From Nitrospira sp. (GTDB lineage: Bacteria > Nitrospirota > Nitrospiria > Nitrospirales > Nitrospiraceae): 64,000 bases of DNA. Below are positions 12,173-20,961 of this stretch, in pieces. The translations under genes and the position numbers were made by a program. The stretch lies in contig JANRMQ010000009.1 of NCBI GenBank assembly GCA_040981125.1, positions 73,624 to 137,623 on the forward strand, written 5' to 3'. The notes beneath the pieces are model-generated. The model ran no database searches and was not told the origin of the DNA. It saw only the letters and a program-made list of their open reading frames with translations. Position 1 is the first letter of the stretch; each line of letters starts with the position of its first letter.

Positions 12173-13509
12173 ATGACTCCCGTACCGTCACTTGAATGCC
12201 GGCGCGCGTCGATCGGCAAAGAAACACGAAATGTCGATCCGAAGCCCTCCCTGCTTTCCACGGTAATGTCTCCTTGGTGTTCGCGAATGATTTGATGGGC
12301 GATCGTCAAGCCGAGGCCCGCGACCTCACTGCTGCTGTTCGAATGGCGGGTCGTGAAGAACGGATCGAAAATATGCTCCCTATCCTGGGGCGCGATGCCT
12401 TTTCCGTCGTCCTGTACCTCGATGCAGACGCGGCCGGCGGCGTCGGAGCGGTGTTCGATAAACGTCCGCACCATGATCTCCTTGCTTTGGTCTCCCGCTG
12501 CATCCAGGGCGTTCAGGAGCAAATTGATGATCACCTGTTTGATCTGCTGACGGTCCAGCAACACGATCGGCAAATGTTCGGAGAAATGGGTTCGTACTTG
12601 GATGCCGCGTCCGGAGGCCCGCATGGAAATGAACGAGAGACAGGAGGACACCAATTCGTTGAGATCTTCTTCCGTCGGTGCGGGGACGATGTAGCGGGCA
12701 TAGTCTAAAATCTCTTGAAGGAGGTGTTCGATACGGTGGATATCCTGCACCGCCACGCGACTGAACTCTTGCATGAATCGCGCATCATGGCGGCGTTCGG
12801 GAGCCAGTTGCACGAAGGTTTTGATCGACGTAAGCGGGTTGCGTATTTCATGCGCGAACCCGCCGGCCATGATTTCGAGCGACCGGAGACGGTCGGTCCT
12901 GCGCAGGAGAGTGTGGGGATGGCGGAGACTGTCTTTGGCAAGAGACCGGTGTAGCGCGCCGGCTGAAATTTGGGCGGCCAATTGGAAAGCGGATGTCCTG
13001 GTGGGGTCATGCAGGGCGCCGTTTTGAGTCTCCAATTCGAGCGTACAAAGCCCGACCGTCGATCCCGCGTAAGTTAGAAAGGAGACCGCATTGGAGCAGG
13101 AGGCGGTGAACAGCTCTTCTAAGATGGCTTCGACATCAGGGGCGAATAAATGCCGTGCTGTCTCTCGTCCAAGAATGCCTGGAACTTCGCGCAAGGCATT
13201 GGAAAGCCCGAATGATGCCGGCAACACGATCGGAATGGTCCGGCCGGACGACCCCAGCCGGCCGCGCCGGCGGTATTGCCCTTGCTCGACGTCTATCGTC
13301 CAAAGCGCGGTCGATGATGAGCAGGCAAGATCCGACAAGGTGTCGAGAATGTGTTGATGAGTACGATCGATATCCCCGGCGGTTTCCAGCTTCCGCATGA
13401 AACCGCCCAGAAGGATGAGAAGGTCCGAAGTCGGCCCGGTTGGCGCGATGCAGCAATGGTTGTCCATCATGATCTTGATAGGCGGTCGGCCCGCAAGGAT
13501 ATCCCTCAA
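12169..13509 (-). CDS. Sensor histidine kinase (GAF-like N-terminal region, HisKA, HATPase_c)
   Basis: H-box FAHEIRNPLTSI, N-box LLLNALDA, G-boxes DDGKGI and GLGLTI. ATGA stop/start overlap with the downstream regulator at 12169-12172. The start codon is uncertain. Confidence 0.8.
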   Translation of the reverse strand: MRDILAGRPPIKIMMDNHCCIAPTGPTSDLLILLGGFMRKLETAGDIDRTHQHILDTLSDLACSSSTALWTIDVEQGQYRRRGRLGSSGRTIPIVLPASFGLSNALREVPGILGRETARHLFAPDVEAILEELFTASCSNAVSFLTYAGSTVGLCTLELETQNGALHDPTRTSAFQLAAQISAGALHRSLAKDSLRHPHTLLRRTDRLRSLEIMAGGFAHEIRNPLTSIKTFVQLAPERRHDARFMQEFSRVAVQDIHRIEHLLQEILDYARYIVPAPTEEDLNELVSSCLSFISMRASGRGIQVRTHFSEHLPIVLLDRQQIKQVIINLLLNALDAAGDQSKEIMVRTFIEHRSDAAGRVCIEVQDDGKGIAPQDREHIFDPFFTTRHSNSSSEVAGLGLTIAHQIIREHQGDITVESREGFGSTFRVSLPIDARRHSSDGTGVI

Positions 13510-13895
13510 CCCAGAATGTGCGGCGGAGGCCCCATGGCGGCGGGAGTTCCTCCGGTCTGACGAAGGAAGTATACATCCCGGTTCTAGATGCGCCTAATGG
13601 AATCAAGCTTTTGCACGGTGGTGAGGAGGAGGACATGATTGTTTCACTATCATACAACCGAGTAAAGGCCCCATCCCATGCGCGATGGGTTGTGTGAAAC
13701 ACTCCGGGAGGGAAGCAACCGGTGAGGGCGCAAACCTGTGCGGATGTCAGTGCAAAGACGGGAGAGGCGCGAATGAGACGGACGATATTCGATGATCTAT
13801 AGAACGAAGAGACCAAGCGCAGGGCGCACACGTCAGATTGAAGGGGAAGCGGAGGCGGCCGCACGACCGCGATCCGTTTGCCCGATTAGTTTGCA

Positions 13896-14900
13896 CTATC
13901 GCGCGGCGGCCGTGCTGCTGGAATCGGCACAGTTGCCCGGCGTCATATAGAGGAGGTAGTTCCCCATCCCATGGTGAATATTGGGATTATGCAATGGATG
14001 GTGATGCACCATGATCATTTCATAGTCGTCTTTTCGAGTCACCTGAAATCCTTGGGCGTCTCGATAGACCTGATGAGGCTGGAACTCCAGAAAGGTTCCC
14101 TCCGAATCGACTGCCGGCACCGTGCGGAGGAGGGTCCGCCCTTCAGTTTTATTTTCAAGCGCAATGAGAAGCAACTCGTCATGGCCGTGAGGATAGGCAA
14201 ATTTGACGCAGCCGTCCATGTTAAACTTCAGCGGAGCTGTTTGAACGTTGACGCCGGGTTTGATTTCTATTCCTTCGTCGGTTTGGTCGGCCCCGCGCTG
14301 GCCAAATTTGCTATAGCAGACGATATTCACCCCCACCTGATATACGTCCATCTCTTTGACGGCGGTCCCTTCAGGCGCGACATACATGGTAAAACGCGCC
14401 ATCACGTCCTTGGTCGGCGGCGCCTTGTGATAGAAAGCCACCACGGACATGAGATTTTGGCCCTTGGCCAATTTGACACCATAGCCGTCCGGAAAGCGGG
14501 CCTCGGTCATCTCAAGACCGGCGCCGGCGAAGAACAACGGCTCTCCATCACAGGAGACGCTTGGTTTGTCGTTGTTGAGCATCAGGATATGATGAAGGTA
14601 ATTCCTCGGAAGCTGCTTTCCGTCCTTGGTAAACACTTCGGATTTGAATCCCGTCATGTACATATCCCGAGGCAGCTGAAAGATGTGTTTGGGCATGCTG
14701 GCGGCCAGATCTCCGTCATGGCCGGACGGCAAATCCACCGGTCCGAACGTCAACGCCACAACATTGTTCTCGATCGTGATGCTCGTGGCTGCTCGGCTCG
14801 GCATAGTGGGAATCGCATGATGGTCATGTTCTCCTGACGCAAAGGCGAACGATTGCCAGCCGAGTGTGACGAGCAACGACACGATCAGAGTTTTCAGCAT
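13896..14900 (-). CDS. Secreted His-rich protein of unknown function (possible copper monooxygenase-like fold)
   Basis: Signal peptide MLKTLIVSLLVTLGWQSFAFA. Ordered His/Met motifs HH(103-104), H158, HGH(238-240), M295/M297. Coherent long ORF with GGAGGAAG upstream. Confidence 0.5.
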   Translation of the reverse strand: MLKTLIVSLLVTLGWQSFAFASGEHDHHAIPTMPSRAATSITIENNVVALTFGPVDLPSGHDGDLAASMPKHIFQLPRDMYMTGFKSEVFTKDGKQLPRNYLHHILMLNNDKPSVSCDGEPLFFAGAGLEMTEARFPDGYGVKLAKGQNLMSVVAFYHKAPPTKDVMARFTMYVAPEGTAVKEMDVYQVGVNIVCYSKFGQRGADQTDEGIEIKPGVNVQTAPLKFNMDGCVKFAYPHGHDELLLIALENKTEGRTLLRTVPAVDSEGTFLEFQPHQVYRDAQGFQVTRKDDYEMIMVHHHPLHNPNIHHGMGNYLLYMTPGNCADSSSTAAAR

Positions 14901-14988
14901 GCCTTCTTCCTCCTTGCGTCGGTGGTGATCATGACCGCTTTTCTAAGACAGGATATGTCGCGAGGAAAGTACATCTAGACTGCGGTAT

Positions 14989-15951
14989 TCATTGTTGAGT
15001 ACTGGGCCGAGGAGATGCGATCCGCTTCCATACGTAGGTGCCGCCATGTTGCCGGGGAGGAATATTTTTTTTGTCTCCTACCCGCACATACCACCATATT
15101 CCTTTTGCCTGCGTGCCGTCCTCGGACAAGACCAATTCAAACCCACCCTCGCGATCATTGCCGGTTTGTTTCCACGTGCCATGCCATCGGCGGTCGTCAA
15201 AATTAGTAGTGGTGAATTGTCCGCCTTGCCAGGTATAGGGTCCGTTTCCGTGGCTATCCAAGGTCGCGCGGTAGGTCTTATTGTCCTCGATTTCCAGGAC
15301 TTCCCATTCGCCGCTTAGGTCGTAGTTTGGAGCTGCGTTCGATAAAGAAGCGCCCTCGGCTATTCGATGCTTGAGATCATGGGAGGTGTCGAGCTGGCCT
15401 AGGGTACCTTCTTCTCGGGCCGATTCATGCCAGGATACCAATATCCACCGGCCGTCCCGTCGCTCCAATACGCCGGTTTCCCGCAATGGAATCACCATCC
15501 GCTGGTTCGACGCTGCCTTCGATCCATGCGTGGCAACGTGACGGATATAGTCCAGTTCCATGACGAACCAGGCGATATCCCCTCGGCGCCAAACTTGGAG
15601 ATCCAAAATAGGAATCTCAAGTTTAACAACGGAATTGAATTCGCTGCGCATCTCATCGGCGAACGGTTCCCACCCGACGTATTTCCGGCCGCCGATGCTG
15701 TAGCCGATCGCGTCCACATCATGTGACATATGTTTCGCCATAGCGGCCAAGTCTTTGTCGGCGTTCGCTTGAACGAGCATGCGGACGACGGCCTCCGGGC
15801 TCAGTTCATCGCCTGCAAACGATGGGGGAACCATCCCACCGATGAAAAGAGCCAAAAGAACCAACCTGATACAGTGCAAAAATTGGCAGAACTTTCGGGT
15901 GTGAGTCCGCTTCAACATACGTGTTATCGGGTGATAATGGCGTGGAAACAA
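14989..15951 (-). CDS. Exported SnoaL/DUF4440-like (NTF2-fold) protein with an uncharacterised beta-rich C-terminal domain
   Basis: The N-terminal half (VVRMLVQANADKDLAAM..RRGDIAWFVMELDY..RRDGRWILVSWHES) looks like DUF4440. The start is uncertain (15918 is an alternative). Confidence 0.55.
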   Translation of the reverse strand: MFPRHYHPITRMLKRTHTRKFCQFLHCIRLVLLALFIGGMVPPSFAGDELSPEAVVRMLVQANADKDLAAMAKHMSHDVDAIGYSIGGRKYVGWEPFADEMRSEFNSVVKLEIPILDLQVWRRGDIAWFVMELDYIRHVATHGSKAASNQRMVIPLRETGVLERRDGRWILVSWHESAREEGTLGQLDTSHDLKHRIAEGASLSNAAPNYDLSGEWEVLEIEDNKTYRATLDSHGNGPYTWQGGQFTTTNFDDRRWHGTWKQTGNDREGGFELVLSEDGTQAKGIWWYVRVGDKKNIPPRQHGGTYVWKRIASPRPSTQQ

Positions 15952-15986
15952 TAGCTCAGGAGGCTACCTGGGAGCTTGGCGCCTTG

Positions 15987-16760
15987 TCAATGAATTTTTC
16001 CACCGCGATCAGGCTGTCCATCGATGACTACGGCGGTGATATTATCAACCCCTCCCGCATCTAAAGCTGCAGTAAGGAGTGATCCACAGAGGGCGTCCAA
16101 ATCACGGGGAAATGCGTTCATGGCACTCTCTATCCGCGCGTCTTCGATCATTTTGGTGAGCCCGTCAGTGCAGAGCAGAAGGACATCACCGGGGCTGAGC
16201 GGCTGGATCACAACATCCACATCGGATTGCGGCCCCAGACCGACCGCCCGAGAGAGCACATGTCGTTGAGGATGATGGAGCGCCTGTGTGGGTGAAATCA
16301 GGCCCTGCCTGAGATATTCCTCGACTACCGAATGGTCGCGTGTCAACTGCTTCAACATCCGGTCTCGCAGGAGATAGGCGCGGCTGTCTCCCTGATGAAC
16401 TATAGTGGCGACGGAAACAGGCCGTGAACAAATATGGAGGAGCGTCAACGTGGTTCCCATTCCGGTCAGTTCGGGATGCCGCACGGTGTGGCCGAGAATC
16501 GCCTGGTGCGCGGACTCCGCCATGTCACGTAACACCGGTTCGATATGTTCCGGCGAATGCCGCAGCAGCGCGTCTTTCCGAACCGCCTCTTCCGCGACGG
16601 TATCGACCACCAGCCGGCTGGCTACATCGCCGCCGGGATGGCCGCCCATGCCGTCGGCGACCGCCCAGAGTTGAAGTTCGGTGTGCATGAAAAAGGCATC
16701 CTGATTGGTGGGGCGGGCAAGTCCTTGATGGCTGATTCCCACCCCTGTCCATTGCATCAT
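15987..16760 (-). CDS. PP2C-family Ser/Thr protein phosphatase
   Basis: NQDAF..WAVADGMGGHPGGDVAS..LLLCTDGL..GGVDNITAVV motifs. The start was trimmed to the Met that avoids overlap with the upstream gene. Confidence 0.8.
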   Translation of the reverse strand: MMQWTGVGISHQGLARPTNQDAFFMHTELQLWAVADGMGGHPGGDVASRLVVDTVAEEAVRKDALLRHSPEHIEPVLRDMAESAHQAILGHTVRHPELTGMGTTLTLLHICSRPVSVATIVHQGDSRAYLLRDRMLKQLTRDHSVVEEYLRQGLISPTQALHHPQRHVLSRAVGLGPQSDVDVVIQPLSPGDVLLLCTDGLTKMIEDARIESAMNAFPRDLDALCGSLLTAALDAGGVDNITAVVIDGQPDRGGKIH

Positions 16761-16773
16761 AAATGACAAAATC

Positions 16774-17559
16774 CTAAGCAGGGGCAGGCGAGCTGCGATG
16801 AGGATCGGGCGGCCCATAGCGGGCTATGAGCTGCGGATATAGCAATGCCGAAAGCGCCTCGAGGTTTTGCGTATCAGCCCGATTATATCGAATGAGCAGG
16901 TCCAGCGCGGCAGAATCGCCGGCACGCCAACGGTGCCAGAGCCTCACGGCTTCCCAGCCGTCCAGTGAGCTGATGTCGGAATCACGAATGATGTCGAAGT
17001 CGCGCTCGATAGACTTGAGTCCGCCCGTCAGATTGAGTCGCCGGGCGGCAAAACAAAGATCGAAGTGGGGCAGATCAAACCGCACCTGCGGGAACTTGGC
17101 CTTCAGATAAGGCACGTCGAAGACGCTTCCGAAGAAGGTCACCAGGAGATCGGCTTGATCGAACTCTTCCTGCAGGCGGTCCGGCGACAGAGACTCGCCA
17201 TGGATCAACGTGGTCATCCGACCATTCCGATACAGCCCCACCATGGTGACGGATCCGTCGTAGACGGACGTCCCTGTCGTTTCGATATCCATATAAAGAA
17301 TGCGGTGCCCGAACGTGTCGAAGAGACGCCAGTGTTCTTTGGTTTGGAGGCAACGGGCGAAATAACGCGAGTCGCCTTTTTCAAGAGCCGATGCCGCGTC
17401 GGTCACCTGACGGTCGTACAAGCCTTTCCGTTCCATGGAAATGCCCGAAACGGCGTGCCGATGCAAGAAGGCGGTCCAATCACGAATGCCGTCAAGCCAC
17501 AGCCGGCGTTCCGTCGAGGGGCCGATTCCCTTGAGATGCACGAAGGTCGAGGTCAACAT
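16774..17559 (-). CDS. RNase H-like (YprB/COG3359-type) predicted exonuclease
   Basis: LKGIGPSTERRLW HhH-like N-terminus, ILYMDIETTG acidic motif, LVTFFGSVFDVPYL. The start was chosen at MLTSTF to avoid overlap with the divergent gene. Confidence 0.6.
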   Translation of the reverse strand: MLTSTFVHLKGIGPSTERRLWLDGIRDWTAFLHRHAVSGISMERKGLYDRQVTDAASALEKGDSRYFARCLQTKEHWRLFDTFGHRILYMDIETTGTSVYDGSVTMVGLYRNGRMTTLIHGESLSPDRLQEEFDQADLLVTFFGSVFDVPYLKAKFPQVRFDLPHFDLCFAARRLNLTGGLKSIERDFDIIRDSDISSLDGWEAVRLWHRWRAGDSAALDLLIRYNRADTQNLEALSALLYPQLIARYGPPDPHRSSPAPA

Positions 17560-17689
17560 AAGCAGGCGAGTCCGCCGTGCCGGGATTGTAGCCTTGATTT
17601 CAAAGGATAAACAAGCTAGAGTCGGCGACCGACACGAACACAATTCATTCCATTCTTTCTCACAAAATCGTCCACAAGATTCAGGCGGC

Positions 17690-18076
17690 ATGGTGGAACC
17701 GGCAAACAAGCGAATCCGAATCAGAGTCGGCGGCATTCAGCTCGATGCGGAGCTCAAAACAAACCGAACCGCGGAAGAAATTTATAAGGCATTGCCAATT
17801 GAGGACCAGCTCAACGTCTGGGGAGAGGAATTCCATTTTAAGATTCCCGGTGTCAAAGATCATCGAGAAACGGCGACCACGCAGGTGAAGGTGGGGGATG
17901 TGGGATTTTGGGGCGCCGGCCAAGTCCTGACCATATTTTTCGGCCGGACCCCCATGAGCATGGGAGCGGACCCCGTACCGGCTGATCGCGTCAATATCGT
18001 GGGGCGAATCCTCGGTGACGCGACCGTGCTTCGCCAGGCGATGGCCTCATCAAAAATCCGCGTCGAGCCGCTCTAG
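17690..18076 (+). CDS. Cyclophilin-like fold protein (TM1367-like)
   Basis: IRIRVGGIQLDAELKTNRTAEEIYKALP..NVWGEEFHF..VGDVGFWGAGQVLTIFFGRTP pattern of the Cyclophil_like family. ATG at 17690. Confidence 0.6.
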   Translation: MVEPANKRIRIRVGGIQLDAELKTNRTAEEIYKALPIEDQLNVWGEEFHFKIPGVKDHRETATTQVKVGDVGFWGAGQVLTIFFGRTPMSMGADPVPADRVNIVGRILGDATVLRQAMASSKIRVEPL

Positions 18077-18096
18077 CAGAACCAGCCGGACTCCGT

Positions 18097-18378
18097 ATGC
18101 GACTGGCCAAAGAACGTATCCAACACATGGCCGAGGGCCTGATCAGCCGATTGGAACAACAAGGCTATATCGAGGTCACGGGCGAGAAGAAGGCCTTGCG
18201 CGAGTCGATCCAGCACACGATCACCGAAGAATTGGCGGTTGAGGACCGGTTGAACGCGGAAGTCCGTCAACTTATGAAGACGTACGAGAGGGAAATCGAA
18301 CAAGGCAAGGCGGACTATCAAAAGATGTTTACGATGATCAAGCAGAAGCTGGTGCGCGAGCGGGGAATCATTCTGTAA
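18097..18378 (+). CDS. DUF507 family protein
   Basis: About 90-aa charged helical protein beginning MRLAKERIQHMAEGLISRLE, with the paired arrangement typical of DUF507. Confidence 0.6.
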   Translation: MRLAKERIQHMAEGLISRLEQQGYIEVTGEKKALRESIQHTITEELAVEDRLNAEVRQLMKTYEREIEQGKADYQKMFTMIKQKLVRERGIIL

Positions 18379-18420
18379 ATTCCGCCAACTCAACACGTAG
18401 AGCTTTCAGCGACCCTTATT

Positions 18421-18696
18421 ATGTTGAGCGAAGACAAAGCCAGCCACCTCTCTCATCTGATTCTCGGCGCGTTGAAGAAGAGCGTTCTGTGCCGGATGAA
18501 AGAAGAAGACGGACGCGTGTTGCGGGAAATCAAACGAGTGCTGGCGTCCGAGATGGCTCTGGAGGAGGGCATCGACCGCAAAGTAAGAGCCAGGTTGGCA
18601 TCCTATTCCCGTCCAATTGCCGAGGGCAGCGCCGAATGGGATGTCCTCTACCGAAAAACGTTCGAGGAAGAACAACGCAAACAATCGAAGCCGTAA
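18421..18696 (+). CDS. DUF507 family protein (second of the pair)
   Basis: MLSEDKASHLSHLILGALKK... The same size and composition as its neighbour, 42 nt downstream. Confidence 0.6.
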   Translation: MLSEDKASHLSHLILGALKKSVLCRMKEEDGRVLREIKRVLASEMALEEGIDRKVRARLASYSRPIAEGSAEWDVLYRKTFEEEQRKQSKP

Positions 18697-18729
18697 TCGC
18701 CCGCCTTGACGTTGTGAATAGGTGACTCT

Positions 18730-19170
18730 ATGAAATGGATCATGGTTCCTCTTTCGGTCCTCATGCTGGCGGCGGTCGTCTCATGCACGAAATCCAAGCC
18801 CAAACCACTGGTGCCGCTGAATCTCGGGACCGGAGCCACCTCGGAAGCTCAAGCATTGACGCAGCGCGGCACGCAGGCCTACGCGGCCATGCAGTTCGCG
18901 GAGGCGAAATCATATTTTGATCAGGCGGTCAAGGCGGCTCCGGATTCCGGCCCGGCCCATTACAATTTAGCCCTCGCGCTCAATGCTGTCGGAGAAACGG
19001 AGCAAGCGCACCAGCATTTCATCGAGGCGGCGAATCTGGCTCCCGGCGATAAAGTAATATGGGATTCGCCGGCGCTGCGACCGTTCGGCAGCCCGGCTGC
19101 GCCGAAAGGTCCACCCAAAGAACATCCTCACGGAACACAACGGCCGGTATTCGGTGGAGGCCCGCGGTAG
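18730..19170 (+). CDS. TPR-repeat lipoprotein
   Basis: Lipobox LAAVVSC, then TPR-like AQALTQRGTQAYAAMQFAEAKSYFDQAVKAAPDSGPAHYNLALAL. Confidence 0.6.
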   Translation: MKWIMVPLSVLMLAAVVSCTKSKPKPLVPLNLGTGATSEAQALTQRGTQAYAAMQFAEAKSYFDQAVKAAPDSGPAHYNLALALNAVGETEQAHQHFIEAANLAPGDKVIWDSPALRPFGSPAAPKGPPKEHPHGTQRPVFGGGPR

Positions 19171-19195
19171 CAAGAGCAAGGGGGAATCGAGACCC

Positions 19196-19669
19196 ATGGC
19201 GAAAGACCTCATGCCTGGTGACAAGGCGCCCGAATTCTCACTGCCGGACCAGGACGGAAAGACCGTCACCCTCAAGAGCTTCAAGGGGCGCCAGGTCGTG
19301 CTGTATTTTTATCCGAAGGACGACACTCCGGGTTGCACCAAGGAGGCGTGCGGATTTCGCGATTCGCTGGAGTCGGTCAAGCAAGCCGGCGGAGTGGTGC
19401 TCGGCGTCAGCCTGGACGATGGAGCCTCCCATCAGAAGTTTATTGCCAAATATGGACTCCCGTTTTCGCTCTTGAGCGATGTGGACGCGCAGGTGTCCAA
19501 AATCTATGGGGTTTATAAACAAAAGAACATGTATGGCAAGAAATATTGGGGCATCGAACGATCAACCTTCGTGATCGATTCAGCCGGCAACCTGAAGGCC
19601 ATTTTCAAACGGGTCAAAGTGGATGGCCATCTTGATGAGGTCTTGGCCGCCCTTCGCAGTACCGCATAG
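19196..19669 (+). CDS. bcp: Thioredoxin-dependent thiol peroxidase (Bcp peroxiredoxin)
   Basis: APEFSLPDQDGKTVTL..VVLYFYPKDDTPGCTKEAC active site. ATG at 19196. Confidence 0.85.
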   Translation: MAKDLMPGDKAPEFSLPDQDGKTVTLKSFKGRQVVLYFYPKDDTPGCTKEACGFRDSLESVKQAGGVVLGVSLDDGASHQKFIAKYGLPFSLLSDVDAQVSKIYGVYKQKNMYGKKYWGIERSTFVIDSAGNLKAIFKRVKVDGHLDEVLAALRSTA

Positions 19670-19709
19670 TTTTTGTGCTCCTTCACTTGGGCAGTCCGTC
19701 CGGTTTTAC

Positions 19710-19949
19710 ATGAATACTGCCGAGAAATCACGGCACGCCGCGCGCGCCGCCGGGCTCAGTCTTTTACCCGGTCTCGGCCATCTCTATATCGGAGAAAGGC
19801 GCGGCTATCGGCTGCTCCTGGTTTCCGTCACCGCGATACTTGTCGCCTGGCGGTTTTGGCCGCCGGCGATCTGGCTGTATCTCGTATTGGCGGCGGGCTC
19901 AGCGTGGGATACCTACCTGATGGTCACTCGTGATCGAGGCTTATGGTGA
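19710..19949 (+). CDS. Small membrane protein, unknown function
   Basis: Two hydrophobic helices (LSLLPGLGHLYIG.., LLLVSVTAILVAW.., WLYLVLAAGSAW). ATG at 19710. Confidence 0.4.
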   Translation: MNTAEKSRHAARAAGLSLLPGLGHLYIGERRGYRLLLVSVTAILVAWRFWPPAIWLYLVLAAGSAWDTYLMVTRDRGLW

Positions 19950-20872
19950 GGCCTCTTTTTCTCGTTTATCGAAACCGATTTATTCGCATACCGAAGCAAC
20001 CATGTCTTTATTGCTCGCTTGGATGCCGGATTTTCCTGTTATGGGTGATGCTCGGGATTCTATCCGGGACGACCGCCGCGGCGCCGGCCAAGAGAACGGG
20101 ACTGCTCCACACCAAAGATGCGCTCACGATACCGAATCGAGCCGCCAAGGTGGAGGCGCGGTTGATACAGCAAGGCTTGATCGGAGAAACCGGCCTGGGT
20201 GGCGAATCATTGCAACTCGAGATCGCGGGTAAGACCGTGGCCACGGCAATGACGGGAGGAGACGGACGAGCCTACTTTGAGTACACCCCCAAAATGCGGG
20301 GAAACGTACCGTTTACCGTGGCGCTTGCCGATTCACCGCGGGTCGAGGCCTCCTCGGCGGCTGGTTTGTTGGCGGTATGGGAGCATCGAAGACCGATCTT
20401 GCTCGTAGAGGCCTCGGCGCTGGCGGAACAAGAGCCGGAGCCTCCTGCGCCGGCCCTGCCGTTTGGGAAGTCTGCTGTCGCGCCACTACGCCCATCGCCG
20501 GACGCAGCGGAAGAACTGAAGAGAATGGCGCAGTTCTACTATAATGTGATCTATGTGGCTGGGCAGGCCGAAGGACCGTTCTCCGAGGCAAGAATCGGGC
20601 AGTTCCGACAGTGGTTGTCCGACCATGGATTTCCGGCCGGGCTCATCATTCATGCAGAAATCAATTCCACAGGATTGGGTGCCACGCTGGACGATTTGAA
20701 ACAAGAGGGATGGACTGCGATGAAGAGCGGCATCGGCCGGTCCCCTGCGTTTGCCGCCACGCTGGTAGAGCGCCGGATGGAAGCGGTCCTGGTGCCCGAA
20801 CCAAGGAAGGGCGACGTGCCGCGCAAAGCGAAAACGGCGAAAGATTGGAAGGACGTTCGTAAGAAACTGTAA
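19943..20872 (+). CDS. Hypothetical exported protein
   Basis: Coherent 309-aa ORF with an N-terminal hydrophobic segment. I recognise no motif. Confidence 0.5.
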   Translation: MVRPLFLVYRNRFIRIPKQPCLYCSLGCRIFLLWVMLGILSGTTAAAPAKRTGLLHTKDALTIPNRAAKVEARLIQQGLIGETGLGGESLQLEIAGKTVATAMTGGDGRAYFEYTPKMRGNVPFTVALADSPRVEASSAAGLLAVWEHRRPILLVEASALAEQEPEPPAPALPFGKSAVAPLRPSPDAAEELKRMAQFYYNVIYVAGQAEGPFSEARIGQFRQWLSDHGFPAGLIIHAEINSTGLGATLDDLKQEGWTAMKSGIGRSPAFAATLVERRMEAVLVPEPRKGDVPRKAKTAKDWKDVRKKL

Positions 20873-20961
20873 GCCGCGTCGGTGCGGCGGTTCACTCCGG
20901 CCTTCCGACCGTGCTATCTTGCACCGTCGGGAATGTTCACTTTTCAGGAGATCACGCGACC

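Noticed and set aside
13136-13864. 242-aa minus-strand ORF overlapping the kinase 5-prime region and the upstream intergenic region, plus the antisense ORF 13971-14837
   Set aside because: The first is out of frame with the kinase, low-complexity and Arg/Ser/Pro-rich. The second is antisense to a well-formed secreted-protein gene. Neither has a motif or a ribosome-binding site.
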